Below are positions 1 to 15,620 of a DNA stretch of 64,000 nucleotides, one piece after another. Where the stretch lies: positions 10,602,001 through 10,666,000 of the forward strand of contig CM022679.1 of NCBI GenBank assembly GCA_012295275.1, written 5' to 3'. The notes under the pieces were generated by a model. That model saw only the letters and a list, made by a program, of their open reading frames with translations, was not told where the DNA came from and made no database searches. Source of the DNA: Chrysomallon squamiferum. Lineage: Eukaryota; Animalia; Mollusca. Position 1 is the stretch's first letter; each line of letters starts with the position of its first letter. A program made the translations under genes and the position numbers.

Positions 1-38
1 CTATAAGATGTAAATTAAAATCACCAGTTTAGACAGGT

Positions 39-79
<41 letters not shown>

Positions 80-708
80 ATTTAAAAAAAAAGAGGCGCA
101 TTTCAACTCAATTTAAGATTGAATGATTAGATATATCCAGTCCAACGCCTCACTGCATAACACGAAAAGAACTTTTGTTCAAATTATTTTTTTTTTTTTT
201 TGATTCAGTATTATATTAGAATAATTGCACAGAGTAAGCGTATAATTCTTCTCCATTAAAGACACGTTTTTGCTGCTGACCGTTTAACGTCACGTGATGG
301 AATATACAGATGCATTAAATGTCGTCTGCTTAAGCGATACTATTTTCCTAAATACAGATTCTGTTAACTCGTCAGGCGCGAAGTGATGATAGTTCGAAGT
401 GATGATAGTTCGAGTAACAGGATCACAACGTATCCATCCATAAACAGTAAAGTGTAAACAGAAACCAAACAAAAAAATGGGTTTCTATAATTTATTTGTG
501 GGAATTGTGCTTTTATTATCATCATCATCATCATCGTATCATTATATAAATCATTATAATCACCTTTGTCACTCATACATACATATACTATCTCTGTATA
601 TGTGTGTGTGTCTGTGTAAATATATATACTTCTTCGCTTTGTTTTTTCTTTTTTTTTTCTGTAATATCTATCTATTAATCCATCGATCCATCTACATACC
701 TATCAATT

Positions 709-819
<111 letters not shown>

Positions 820-1493
820 CCCAACCTCCCCAGTAATTCAGTCTTCTAACATTCATCTATCTCTTTTTAAATGTTTTTTGTTTTTTTGTTGTGGTTGTTG
901 TTTTTTTATTTTTTCTTGATCTCCATTTCTCCGTCTCTCTCCATCATTCATCACTGACTTATTTATTCACACAAACTGAGGCAATCACTTACTTTCTGTC
1001 AAGGCGTAGTTCTGTGACAGATCGCTCGATTATGACTCGACTGGCTGTCAAACTGGTGTCATTAGCAGAATCTTTACATAATCACGTCTTGATGAGGTTT
1101 TTAGCAAATCGGAGTGTTTGCGCAGACGTCTCGTACCATCTGAATATACTTATACATTTTTAAATGTCCACTTTTGTATAATCCATTTTTATTTTTAAAA
1201 AAAGATTTTTTTTTCATTGCCCCAGAAAAAGAATTGATAACAACATTGTTATTACATATATTTCATACATCTACATACATAAACTGACGTACATACTATA
1301 TACAGAGACTGATGCATACAAATAGATATAAACAAATTAATATATCGCTAACATACATATACATATACACTTTGTATAACCAAGTTATTGTTTATCAAAG
1401 AAGTATATTGGTAAGACAAATATTTCGTTTGCGTTTCTCTTGATTTGTTGTCAACAGAATATCAAAATATTACTGACATGTAAAATAGTTCAT

Positions 1494-1496
<3 letters not shown>

Positions 1497-1561
<65 letters not shown>
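1497..1561. repeat. (CT)n microsatellite
   Basis: Perfect dinucleotide run. Confidence 0.95.
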
Positions 1562-1565
<4 letters not shown>

Positions 1566-2075
1566 AACAAATGAATAAATAAATTCAATTACCGACGACC
1601 AAAAAAGTTTGAACAAAAAATATACCGATAAAAAAAAGAAAAAAAGAAAGAAAAAAAAACCTTTACCAGCTTATAATTACAACCAATTTAACTTTCCTGA
1701 AATGTAATTTCATTTCATTTTAAGCTTGTGAAAAATCGAACTGACAATTTGATTTGAGCTGACACAGAATCTTAGATACTGCGGCTCTTCAAACAAGGAA
1801 AGAATCCTAAAGAGTGAATTCGCAAAAAAATATATGTATTTTAAAAATTATAGAATTTAAAAAAAAAAATAATAAAAAAAATATATATATTTTTTTAATA
1901 GATTACATGAAGCGAATAGCAGATCATCTTTCTTTATAATTAAATCTGAATATTTTGTGTTTATTTTATTTTTATTCACAGCACAGAATCATTCAGTCAT
2001 GTGACCCAGTTAACTTTAGCGAGCCTGCCATTTAAAGACAGGTTAACCATCTTTCGTGAAAATGTTTCTGTTTAA

Positions 2076-2113
<38 letters not shown>

Positions 2114-2496
2114 ATAAAGAAATAAGACGACACTGGTCCACGTTTTGTGTTAGTATTATGTGTGTTTGATTTCAATACATTCTACTGTCAGGTTCAAACG
2201 AAAGAACAAAAAGATTTCGAGGTCTGTTAGCCTGTTTGCACCTATCATACAAAGATTTAATTGCGCTGTATTTTAACTTTTTAGACCGCACTGTAATTTT
2301 TTATTTTATTTAATGTACGTTTAAAAAATAACTTATAATAACAACAACAATAAATAAACAACAACAAAAAAAAAAAAAAAAAAAAAAAAAATAATAATAA
2401 TAATAATAATAATAATAAAGCAGTGTATTTCTGTGCATTCAGTTTTAAACCAATGCGGGCCAAATTCACCTAAGTCTGACGTTACCCACAAACTTA

Positions 2497-2499
<3 letters not shown>

Positions 2500-2541
<42 letters not shown>
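2500..2541. repeat. (CT)n microsatellite
   Basis: Perfect dinucleotide run. Confidence 0.95.
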
Positions 2542-2544
<3 letters not shown>

Positions 2545-3069
2545 CTACTCACTTCTCTCACACACTCTTCTTTTTTTCTTTTCTTTCTTTCTCTCTCTCG
2601 CTCTCACACTGTTTTCGTTATCTCTCTCTCATTCGCATTCTCTCCAGTGACTGCCACCATCCGCCAGCAATGTTAATTGGCATCGACAAATGTATCGACA
2701 GGCAAACAGAACAGGATGCGCGTAAAGAAACAGTTTTTATTTCTGTGAGCGTGGCTCTGATATCTTGCCCACGCAAACAGTGATACACACACACGTTGTT
2801 GTGATTATAACTGCAGTCTGCGTCCAAACAGTGCATGTATTGACAGAGTATAATTCTTTAGTGCCGTCTCTGCAGTTAGTGGTTAATGGCTCTCTGTCTT
2901 TTATTTATCGTCCTAAATTTAACGCATTGTGGCTAATTGTGTTGTTTGTTTTACAAATGGTTTGAGATAATCTTACATTTTTGTGTTGTGTTACTAAATT
3001 TTCCTCGTACAGGAATAGGAAAAGTGATAGAAAGATACACTGAAATGATAATTACAGACTGATTGATTG

Positions 3070-3072
<3 letters not shown>

Positions 3073-3148
<76 letters not shown>
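3073..3148. repeat. (GA)n microsatellite
   Basis: Perfect dinucleotide run. Confidence 0.95.
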
Positions 3149-3150
<2 letters not shown>

Positions 3151-4392
3151 TGTTGACTGTTGATTGTTTTCAATAATAATAATCATAAAAAAGATTATAC
3201 ATTTATATAACTGTTATGTATTCAAAAGTCCCAGTATTTAATTATTTAGTTGTCATAATTAACAACATATAAAACTTATACATTCACAAGAGACAATCTT
3301 CTTTTCTATAAAATCTATTTGCCGCATTTTAATTCATTACAATGACATTTCTTCCAGTATTATTATTTCAGCCTTCAGATGAGCTCTAAAGTGGAATCCT
3401 TGCTTTTTAATCTTATTTCGCCTGTTTCTAAATCAAAATATGGCACATTACGAACTCCACTGACTATTATTTTCGAGCAGAAGTAACGTGTCCTCGTATT
3501 AATTATTTAAAACAGAACACTTGTCGTTTGTCCGGCATGGAAGATAACCAATTTCGTGTAATCACTGAAATAGTTCATTTCATCATGGGTTTTGCATTAG
3601 CATAGCTCTTCAGTCGGTAACATGTGTTTGTCTTTCAGCAATTACATCCGCAATGTGTAGGGCTCTGAGGCATGTTGTGGTGCATCTTTGTTGAAAAATT
3701 CTTCTTTTGTTTTCGCTTTGATGTTTTGCTGTGGCAGAAACGTGCAGATGCAAGAGCCAAAAAAAAAAAAAAAAAAAAAAAAATGGCCGTGATTATTGCT
3801 AACGACAAGTTATTTCACACCGAGCTTTTTTTATCTCTGCATCTCAGTCGCAGTCAGGCCCAGACAGTACGAAATCGTTTCAGTTATTTTTGGTTAAATT
3901 TATATCCAAATTAAATGTATGTACAATACTAATAATCGTATTATATAGATCGTGTGTGTGTGTGTGTGTGTGTGTGACACTTGTCTAAAACATTAGTTAT
4001 TTCCTCGATTTTGAGTGTCTAAAACTACTCCTTGGTCACTCCACACTTTCACGTACTTTGTAAAGGAATTCCCCAGGGACGAAAGATACGTGACATAATT
4101 CTACGATCAGAAGGGGAAAAAAACGTTTTAGAAAATTTTGCAATTTAGCCTCTTTTTTTTTTTTTTTTTTTTAATACTGCAAGAGATTTTTTTCTTCTAT
4201 TTCAGGTTTTCTATTTTACCCAGAATCTAACCTTTTGAGTAACACGACAAAGAAAATAGTTGATTGTATTGTCTCGCAAAAACTTCATTTATTTCCACCA
4301 AATTGGAAATCTTAAATTTAACGTTCACTTAGGCTGGTAATCACTCTTGTGGATTTTTTATTTTTTATTTTTATTTTTTTATCTTAACGATC

Positions 4393-4436
<44 letters not shown>

Positions 4437-7400
4437 AGCATAATTAAATTTTAATTCAGAAATTAATATTCAATTCAAAATAAGACGCTAAATTCATGAT
4501 ACAGATTGACTAAAGATTAACCGTAACCATAACTACAATCCAAATTAAACTGTACACACACACTCACTCACACACGCACGCACGGACGCACAGAAAATGA
4601 CCTTCGTTTATATTCAGCGAGTCATTTTTTTCTTAACACTTTACCTTCAGCCGCGTTCCGACATCATTAGTGTCTCCAGCTAGTTAGTTAAGCTGCTGGA
4701 TTCAGTATTTAGTGTCAAGGCAAGTGGCCGCTGATGTCCACAAACACGTTCATTATTTAACCACGTAGTGTATCAGAGCCCGTCGTTTGAGCTTGCTTGG
4801 ACCCCGAAGAACAACACTGCAGCGTGTAATTAGTTAGAATCGTTAAGTTGCAACAAGCAAGCACACACTTAAAACAATGGATTTGGACAGAGTCCGCCGC
4901 TGTTGGAAGTTTAAAGCTTTGCCAATCGCCAGAAGTGAATGTTGTTGTGCATTGACAATTGTGGATGGTGTCTTAGTTTGCTGATAATTTACATGTATGG
5001 TGTGTGTGTTTGTGTGTATGGCACCGTCTGTTTGTTTGTTAGCAGCTAAGGGTATGTCAGTGAAAGTGTATATGTGTATGTATGTATGTATGTGCGTATA
5101 TGGATTAAGATATATCTCTGTAAGCATGTGTGTGTTTTCTTAGATTATAGATGTACGTGTATATAGAGAGAGAGAGAGCATATATCTGTACATACGTGTT
5201 TGAATCATATGTTGCGTTTATCATTGTTAATATGACTTCTATTACTAACTACGGATTGTTTATTTATTTATGTTTTTATATTTGAACGTAAATCTACCTG
5301 TTCTTGGCGTATCCTTATAACTTTGCCTCATCAGATGAAAAACTGAAAACTGATCGAGCATTGTGAGAATTTATTAGGAAATTAGAGCTTCATGTCAAAT
5401 AGAAAACGATATGGTACATATATTATTTTAGCCAAGATTTCTTGTTCTCTTGTATCAAAACTACATCGAATTTCCTTCACATAAAAAAAAAGAAAGAGTA
5501 AGAACAAGAAAGTTCTGGCGGGCATCATGTTCAAGCAACTCGTTTTTTTCTCAATATGCATTTAAATGTCAAGTAATAAGCTGAAAGGAAATTAACACAG
5601 AGACGTAGAAGAGAAGATGAGAAGCTGAAGAAAATTACAGTGAAAATTAATCTATTGTCAAAAAGGCAAACAAAACCAACGAGTTTCTCAATATTTCAGC
5701 CATTTTCTTTTCGCCAACTGAAACCAAAAATCAGAAATTCTCAGACTGTAAATTAAATAATTAAATACATAATACAAGAGAAAAAGCCGAACTTTGGTCT
5801 TTCAGTGTTATCGTAACTTTTTATAATAAACCATAACGTGACCATATATACCGGGTTTGTCTTTATTGTATACTGAACACAAAAGTTATGTATCATAAAA
5901 TTCTTCAAACAGGAAATGTTGATAATACAATAATAATCCGACGGATATGAGTTACTGACATGAAAGTAATTATCTTGGCTGAAGATTCTGTTTTTATTTA
6001 GTGCTAAAAATTCTATTCTCACTGATAAATAAATAGATAAACTGCAGCGTATACTAAAAAAAAACCAACAACAACAAAAACAATAAAACCTCCTTGGTAT
6101 ATACAGATAAAGAAAATGTATTTCGCGTCGTCGATTTGTATAATGAAACAAGCAAATAAGCATCAAATATCCTTTGATGATGTTCGCTTCCAGTAGCCAT
6201 GATATAGTCACAGATGGTTTTCTTTTATGAATTCGTCGACATGAAAGAAAGAAAACATGTTCTATACCCGCTGTTTCTAGAAGCACGTTTTTTATTTAAC
6301 AATTTTTATCTGATATGGAAGAAGACCAATATAATCTCTTTGAATATGTATGTATGAATGTGCGAGCAAGTATGTATTGGATGAAAATTTAATAAAATAC
6401 GGATCTAATCATCAAAACAAAATTGTTTCCTTCCTTTTTTTTTATAGTCAAGCTAATCATACAACAAATATTGATAACCCTGTCACTGATCTGCAGCCAT
6501 TTCGTGCTGGTTTTATGCTACTAAAGAAATATAAGGCTGGAGAGAAGATTTAATATAAATATTAATATTAATAAAGAAATCTCTATTTACGCAGAATGGA
6601 CTCTATATTGTATTTACTACCAGCAAATACAGTTTAATCGATCGTTTAACGGTCATCTGAAAGCCTGTTAAATACAAGATAAACAAAAATGCTTGGTTAT
6701 TCATTATGCTAACAGTGTTTTAAATAATAATAATTAAGCTATTAGCTTGTGAAAGCTTTGCTTTGATTAACGTTACTTACATTTAACCAGTTTATTTCAA
6801 ACCTGGGGGACAATTAAGAACTTTATAAATGTCGTCGTTTATGCAAATGCTTTTACCAAGAATGCCTCTCTTGTTTTTCTTGATGTACACACCTTTTAGA
6901 TCAGAAGAAATGGTTTAGATTATACGTTAAACTGGTCTAGCTAATCAGAAGCATGTGTCCTTAGATTTTATAAAATGAACATCGTTATTATCAAATAATA
7001 TGTTGACGGTAGGTTGAGGGCAGCACTTTGAAATAGTTCTTTGCGAAAAATTTTAAGATTTTTATTTTACTACGGTATGGATAACAGACAAATTTTCTTC
7101 GCGTTGATGATTCAAATATCAAATGTACAGACATGGCGCGTACAGAATATAACAGAACGAACTAACAATCAAGTTCCTGCAGCTTGTTGTCTTTCTCTAA
7201 TATCATCATCACAAGTAGTTGCTTTTAAAAGCTTAACTGGCCAAACCCTTACGATTTCGAACTAGTGTGTAGTTCATCTTCTAATACAGACAATGAGTCC
7301 TGTGAAGAACTCTCTGGATAAGGTTGTTTTCATGACGTATTAATTGCAGAGTTATCTGAACTGATTTAAATTTCGAAAACTAAACCTTACTTTAAAGAAT

Positions 7401-7443
7401 GCTGAGATGGTAATTTTCAGAATATAAAACCGGTTTACGACTC

Positions 7444-7492
<49 letters not shown>

Positions 7493-9290
7493 TATAAATT
7501 CTACTGGCAAATCAAGAAAAGAGTTTTCCCACGATCTTGTCTTTTACAAAACATGGCGCCTGCTATTACCTTTTCAAAGCTGGTCTTCTTCAAGATAATT
7601 TCAAATGCTGATTTGATTTGTCTGAGCTAATTTTTCATTATGCTTGGTTTTGCTATTTATTATTATTATTTTTTTTTTTTTTTGTTAATCAGTATGTTTT
7701 ACGAGTGGAGCCTATCTAAGCTTGAAACAAAACAAATCCTGCTTTTGTATTTATTTTGATCAGCATTAGAGATGTTACGACAAAAATATGATCTGATTAA
7801 TAAAGGGAATTGTCTGTGGCAGACTACGTAACATGGGAAAAGAAATTATTCCGTTATTTAAATTAACGATCTATATATTACATAACATTTTCATTCTTTG
7901 CCAGCCGTTTTACAGAAACCATTAAGCTTTGCCAAAATCGAATCACCAAGCCTAACGATTAAAGCGAATCTGACTTTTTCTTGGATTAACTATTCTTTCA
8001 AAGGCGGCTAGCAAGAATTCCTATTAAATATTATCCGTAACAGATGTTCATTTTCTTCGTCTGTCAAACGATGCGCCATAATTGGATCTTCTCCCCGTCT
8101 TAACAAATATTCCATACATACAAATTACCAAATATTTGTGTGCTTTGAATTGAATGAACGTGTTGCTAGGATTAGACGTTATGCATCTTTCAATGTTTTG
8201 CACTTTTTATATAGTTATAAAAATGGGGTTTAGTTTGATTTATATAATAAATAAACATTGTATGTTAATAGCTAGTAATAATAATTTCTTACAAATGCAT
8301 GTCTCCATGAATATAAATTACTATCTCTTGTTCTGTAGTTTATGAAAATATATGATACAGGCAGATCAAAATGCATTTATTATTCTAACTTTAACCTTTT
8401 CTAAAGCTGTTTTATGAACAATGAATAAATATAAGAATATTTTTCACTATAAATTATGGCTAGTCACTTTGCTGTTCCGTTTAACGCTGGAATCACGGTT
8501 CTGTAAAATCAAAGTATCTTTGTTAATCAAACTTATTTTTAATAAATTCAAAAAAACAACAGCAACAAAAATTATAAATAAATAAATATTCAATCAAAAA
8601 AATAAATAAATCAAAAACCGTTTGAATAGTTAATACATGTATGGCGACTTAATATGTGATTAAAATTTGTGAAATATTTTTTCTTGGCGATTTCAGCAGA
8701 GAATTATTTATTCATACACCCAGCATAGGTTAATTATGATAATCAGTGAAATGATTACTGACTGAAACGATTTCTCTGAGAACTCACACTACGGATAGCA
8801 TCAAGCATCATTTAACAACCGTACTAACCTCATTAATTTGTGATTAACAAGAAATGAGAGGAGAGAAAATAGTGATATAGCACACAGCTGGGAAAATACT
8901 TAACCTCGCAAACTGCCAAAACATTCGCAATGCATTACTTAGTACGGGAAGAAAGAAAAAATTTAATGGTGAAAACTAGCTTAATCATCTATTCTGTATT
9001 AGATAATTAACGGATATTGATATTGTCTTTGGAAACGACTGCAGCTTTGAGAAGAAAATTAGCCCAATGGCTTCGTGATGAAGATAAATTTACCCGAGGG
9101 CAAAGGATGCGCTGAAAGCTTATTTGTTTCCGCTGTCACACATAGATATATCTATCTGCCCGATAATGTCATCTCTAATTTGTCCCAACAGTTAATTTAA
9201 ACCTGGCGGTAAAAGGATTTGTTCTTCAGCGGAAATTCTGTCACTGTAAATGGTCTGTTTCTTTAATGACAGTGCAGTCATTATCGAAGT

Positions 9291-9900
9291 GATGCTATGG
9301 TGGCAGTCCTCTCACTGCAAATGAATTGATGTTGTATGGCAATGCTTTCTTTGTAAAGTGAAATGATGCTGCGCTGGCAATGCTCTTTGTTAAAATGAAC
9401 TGATGCTGGTGGCAGTCCTCTTACTGCAAATGAATTGGTGCTCTGCTGGCAGTACTGTCTCAATAAATAAATTGATGCTGTGGTGGCAGTCCTCTGACTG
9501 CAAATGAACTGATGCTGTGGTATCAGTCCTCTCACTACAAATGAATTGATACTATGGTGGCAGTCCTCTCACTACAAATGAATTGATGTTATGATGGCAA
9601 TGCCCTCTCAAATAAATAAATTGATGTTGTGGTGGCAGTGCTTTCATTGTAAATGGATAAATGCTATGGTGGCAGTGCTTTCTCTTCAGATAAAATGACG
9701 ATGTGGTGAGTAATGTCGTTGTAAATGAACCGATGCCGTTGTTGTAAAGCTCTCGTTGTAAACGAGCTGATACCATAGTGGCAGAACTCTGGTTATAAAT
9801 GAACTGACGCCTTTACTGGCACTGATGAACTGAAACCGTAGCGTCAGCGGCCTCGCTGTAAATGAATTGAAATTACTGGCAGTGCTCTCGCTGTAACTGA
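9291..9900. repeat. Degenerate 37-bp minisatellite, about 16 units
   Basis: The unit GATGCTRTGGTGGCAGTCCTCTCACTGCAAATGAATT repeats head-to-tail and decays toward the right end. Confidence 0.9.
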
Positions 9901-11570
9901 AGAGTTACCCACACCGGAACTGAGACTGCGAGTATCTGGGGAGAATAATGATGTTTGCGTTGACCTTTTAGTAGGAATACGGTTAATTACAAATAATGAA
10001 ATTGTGCAAATGAATATTATATATTATATATTATATTAATTTTGCAGGTCAAAATCCTTTCGTGGTGTTGTTATGGTGTGATTACCAACTGAAAAAACCT
10101 ACATATATATTTTTGTGCACTTCAAAGAGTTTATTTTATTTCTTACTGGAAACGTATGGTAATCACGTATTAATAAAAACTCCAGAGAGGTTTTCGGTCG
10201 GTCACCAGTCCTGGATAGATCTAAAAGTATATTAGTCATGAAATCATTGATAGATTTATAAACAAAATATTAAAACCATATAATATACAATGTTGGAATT
10301 TACTAATTTTGTTTAATTTAAAATATTGCTTGAAATTCTTCACTTAAATGAAAAGAAAAGCAAAATGGAAAAAAAAAAAAAAAAAAACAAAAAAACAAAA
10401 AAAAAAAAAACAAACAAACAACAACAACAACAACAACCAACCTTAATACATATAATGTTAGTGCATCAGAACAATACTCTACACACTATCACACAATAAT
10501 CACATCCAAGTGAGGACTAAACCTTTAACACATTTTATGGCCACATCATCTCTAGTTAACAGAATAAGCAGTAAAATACTTTTGATTCTATTTTTGTATC
10601 GATACATGGGCTTATTTTATAACCCTGTGTCGTCTGGAAATTGCAGCGTCGCATAATTATATCTGTTAGGAAGGCTTGACTATCAAGAGATAAAAGGCTT
10701 TAATGTAGTCTACTTGTGACAGTAAATAAGTAAGTTTGTTATCATATTCACTGCAAGAGACTCTGTATGTATGTATGTATGTATGTATGCAATGTTCTAT
10801 TCTAAATCTTGTTTAAGTTAAAATAATACAGAAAGTAGAAAAGAAAAAAACAACAAAAGTAACCAAAAACAAAAACGATCATGGCAAAGATCCTCAGTCT
10901 GATAACGCGAAACGACAACTTGAGTGTTGATCACAATCCTATATTCACCAAACTTATTCTGTGCATAACCCATATTCGCAGTTATACTGTACAGTTCTTA
11001 AGTTTAATATTTTTATATGTAGCCAAATCCACAAATGTATCCACTCATATAACAAGGCTGTAGAACAAGTTTGCTATTGAATGTATTTGCTTCAACACGA
11101 TGACATTTCCCCTGCGCCTCCTTGACCCGTGGTTCTCAATATTGCTATTTAGATAAGCATATTTGCATGTTTGTCCGCAGACAAAAGCAAGTCAACGATC
11201 CTATCTGCTTGAATTAGATGGCGTTTCCTTCATGCCATCTGGACCGGTAGTTCATGCGATAGCTGTTTAGATAAACATATTTGATGTGCAACTGTGTAAT
11301 CAGAAAGAAATTTGTAAAATGAATAAAGGCATGTGACAGGATGATCACATCTGCTACTCTTCACCGCTTTTAAGAGCGGCATTAATAACGGTTAATTGCA
11401 AGTGTGTACGTAGTAAATTGTGAGGGAATGTGAGAGACCACGCGGTGTTTTAGCCGAGTGATGAACCTGTTACGGTCAAACTTGCTTAACGTTGGAGTCG
11501 TTTGCGATGAACTGCTGATGCTTGACAGTTACATGGTATTTCAGTTTTCCTTTTTATATTAATGGTAATA

Positions 11571-11573
11571 AAA

Positions 11574-11628
<55 letters not shown>

Positions 11629-11681
11629 ATATCAATAAATGAATAAATAAATAAATAAATAAATAAATATCAATAAATGAA

Positions 11682-11712
<31 letters not shown>
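11571..11712. repeat. (TAAA)n microsatellite with an internal higher-order duplication
   Basis: The TAAA run is interrupted twice by ATCAATAAATGAATAAA. Confidence 0.93.
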
Positions 11713-14700
11713 GTTATAAAGAAAAGGACTCTAACAACACATTACCCCAAGCAACACATTAAATATCAAATATCCACATCTAACCTCCTCTGATATAAAT
11801 CAAGGAAATAAATGAATATGTATTGTAATATTTAGTATTCAGCTCAGTTAACACGATCCATTTGAAACTTAGTTTTATACAATACAATAATTTTGTCTTA
11901 CGGACTATAGAATATTTGATGATGAAATGAATACGCAATGAATTAAAATATTTTCTCATACACGTTTGGATGCGTCTAGATTTTTAGGCTATATATCATA
12001 AACCGATAAATGCTTGAAGTTTAATTTTCATTCAAACTAATTTACTTTTACGAATAACATTTATTTACGAGAAAAGTTAACAGATTTATTAGATCCTTTT
12101 ACGAAACTATTTTTCAACTTTTGTATTTAATATCGGAGAGTGCAGTACAGAATTACAGAAGTGACAGGCTTCCAAACAACTGCAAACATAACAAAACAAC
12201 CTATTTTTCAGTCTGAGAAATTCAGTCTTGTCGATTTTATTTATCAAATGCAATAAATCTTATATTATTTATCTACAAACATCGACGCGCCTCGTTGTAT
12301 TTATTGCCTTACATCTTCGGTTTCATCTTTTAAACGCAGAACATTTTTCTGGTTTATCTTCTCCAGCACTGACCGCTTTGAAACTTTCAGCTGAACTAGA
12401 TTCAGTGACGTTTCCTTCCCCGCGAACAATCAATCTGCATTCTGATTTCGATTTCGTTTTATCACCTAATTCGGCCAGTGTCCAGTGTTTCCCTGATCTA
12501 TCTGATACAGCGTGGACTCTCCAGATTAAGATACGGAAGATCATGGCTTCTACGTGAATTTAATTCGATATAGCGCCGCACGGTATTAGCTAAGATACAT
12601 CCGTCTCAGCTGCCTTTCATATCTGGGGAATACAATTTGCCTGTGTTGGAAGAGAAAAAAGGAGAAGGTGGTTTGTTTGTTTATAAGATTGTTAACGTAA
12701 TCAGTTTACCGTCGTTATTTGGTGTTGACGACATTAACGAGATTTTTTTTTTTTTTTTTCAAAACGTTATTCAAGTTTTGATCAGTAGTTTTTAACCGTT
12801 TCATAAACCAATTGTGAGTAATAGTTTTAGATTAATTCTGTAATAGTAGTGGTTTATTCCTCAATAATAATAAAAAATAACAATAAAAATAAATAAATAA
12901 ATAAATAATGATGGTGATGATTATAATGATAATAATAATAATAAAAAGAGAGGGTGAAATGGTTAAAGGGCTCACTTGTGAACTGACTGATATCCAGATC
13001 GGTCATTTGGATATATCCCGTTCCAGCCACTACTAGACTCTGCTATTGTACATGTTTGACTGTTTACGAGAAGGCGAAAATATCAGATCATTTGCTGCTG
13101 CTTTTTGACATCCAGCAAATAAACTAATGACAAGGAATTCTTTTCTCTCACAGAATAATTATATCAAATGAGGCTTCATTAAACATCTGCTCATTCATTT
13201 ATTCATTTACAAACACTTAATATTATTTAGATTATGAGTAGTTTGTGTAACAAAAATATTAATTTAGCACTGAATCGATATAAAAACATTCTTAAAGATT
13301 CAATCTCGAGTATAAAATCCACGAGTTGTGGACGTTGCGTTTGTTTTAGGATTGATTCGAGACAGTATATAAATAAGAAGTTCGATACAAAACCGGGTGG
13401 GGTCTTGTTTGTGATGTTACTTTGTACATTTAAATATCGATGCATCGATCTCACGCGTCTGCAAATAACACGAACAGAATCGACCAGTACCAGGAGACGA
13501 TCTCGATTACTGTCAGCTGTAGAACCAATGGTTTAACCGATTCTTCTCTTGTACCAGTTTCTCGTGAGGAAAACGGTTTACTTTTCTCGATTTAAAAAAA
13601 AAAAAAATTTGGTATTATTCGACACAGCTAATGCAGTGCTTTGATACGTATAACTGAAATCAAGTCACATTCTGTTTCAAAGACGGGTCCAGCAACACAG
13701 GTGTCCGAACGATAACTCTCGTTTGAAAAGGAATCTCAAGTCGAAGGAAATTAGAACATTTCAGCAGCAAATTATCTTTTATTTAACATCGTTTTTGGTG
13801 TCAATGGGACTAATTAACCCAGTCTGGCTCGCGTTTTCAAACACTTCGAACATTTCTTTATCTGGAGTCCGTTACAAAAGGCACGTGCAAAAACGTATTA
13901 ATTGGCACTTCCTACCGCTAGAAAAGCTAATTTCGAGAGACCACGTGGACGTGGAGTTAAGATTTCGAATCTCGTAGAAATAAACGAAGCTTTTGTGTGA
14001 CAGTTTAATTAGCTAAAGTGTATAACGGCTATTAATTATTTTCTTTGTCGGATTAACTACGAAAAGGTTAAGCTTTATGGTGAATAGGACTAAAAATGTG
14101 TATTTTGAATTAAATGTGCAATACGAAGATACAAATAGATAAATAAATAAATTAATTAATTAATCAGTTAATTAAAATAGAAAGCTTTGTAAATAAAAAT
14201 ATTTTCATACAGATATAAACACCTACACAAACTCACAAAAGAAAAAAATACACAGTTATACACAAACACAAAAATATACACAAAATGCACACAGAATCAC
14301 ATAATTATTCTTTTAATAATTGATTAAACTGATTCAATTAAGCAGTACAAATAGATGATCCCGATAATTATCAACTTCAGAATTAGTTTATATATATGAA
14401 TGTGTGCGTGCGTGCGTGCGTGTGTGTGTATGTTTGTTTTCGGTTACGTTTGTATTTTTAAATGTAAGGGTTCAGAACTGATTTATAATCCATATCAGCA
14501 TCAGACTCTTTTTTTAAAATCTGTGTCACTGATCATGAAGTGAAAAATAAATTTGATCTTGTATAATTTTATCTTTTGCGGATCCACAGAATCAGCTTAA
14601 AGCATTTTTATGAAATCTCCAGAATTAGTCAAGTTTCCGCGGCCAAATGAATAAAGCGTATTTTTTTATTGATACAGTTAACTGTTACTGAGTAGATGTC

Positions 14701-14889
14701 ATACGATTAAATTGAAATATAAAATATATATATATATATATCAATATGATAATCAATGAGTGAGAGAGGGATAATGAGAAGGTCTCTTCACAGGCAGAAA
14801 TACAGACAGAGGGGAAAGAAATAAAATCAAAACTATATTAGCCAGTACAGACAGATAATAATTTTTAATAGATATTTTTAAAGATATTA

Positions 14890-14971
14890 AAACTAGAACT
14901 ACTAGAACTACCGCCATCACTACAACTACTACTATTGCTGCTCTTATTACCATTACTGTTATTACTACTGG

Positions 14972-15021
<50 letters not shown>

Positions 15022-15140
15022 TTACTACTACCATTACTACTACTACTATAACTACTACTACAAAAAAATAAAAATAATAACAATAATCATAATAATAATA
15101 ATAATAATAATAATGATGATGATAATGACGACAATAATAA
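14890..15140. repeat. Compound (CTA)n/(TAA)n/(TGA)n trinucleotide region
   Basis: Imperfect trinucleotide runs that produce spurious poly-V/S/Y ORFs. Confidence 0.9.
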
Positions 15141-15480
15141 AATATGTCTCCATGGAGAATGACGAAGATAATGAAAATAGAAATAATTTCTGAACGTCGA
15201 CCTCTCGAACCCATCAAATTACTCATGTTGGTTAACGTGACAGTGTTTGTACGAGCCGTTTCGATTATCAACACACAACACACGAAAAAAGAGAATCCAC
15301 CAGAATTCCCCAAGCTTTTGTTGAAGAAGTCTTACTGGTTTTTCAGAATTAGATATGTCATCCAAATTACCTTCAGGCTTGATGTAAGAGAAGCAGGAAG
15401 CGTTGCAGAGAATAACGAAGAGAATTATTTCGCACATTACGACCTATTGTAAAGATTTATAATGTAGTATTTCGTCGAAT

Positions 15481-15514
<34 letters not shown>

Positions 15515-15588
15515 CTGTATTAATCTCGATACACACAATAGTGGATAAACATTTGTGTGTTGACGTTCCTTTTATAATCAAGGTAATG

Positions 15589-15620
<32 letters not shown>

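Noticed and set aside
381-413. Short 15-16 bp direct duplications (also ~39945-39976 and ~31488-31522)
   Set aside because: Ordinary slippage duplications with no associated element.
5753-6286. 177-aa minus-strand ORF
   Set aside because: F/I/Y/L-rich composition typical of AT-rich non-coding DNA, a non-ATG start and no motif.
9291-9900. CRISPR-like array
   Set aside because: Units are contiguous and degenerate with no unique spacers. There are no cas genes and the context is eukaryotic; it is a minisatellite.
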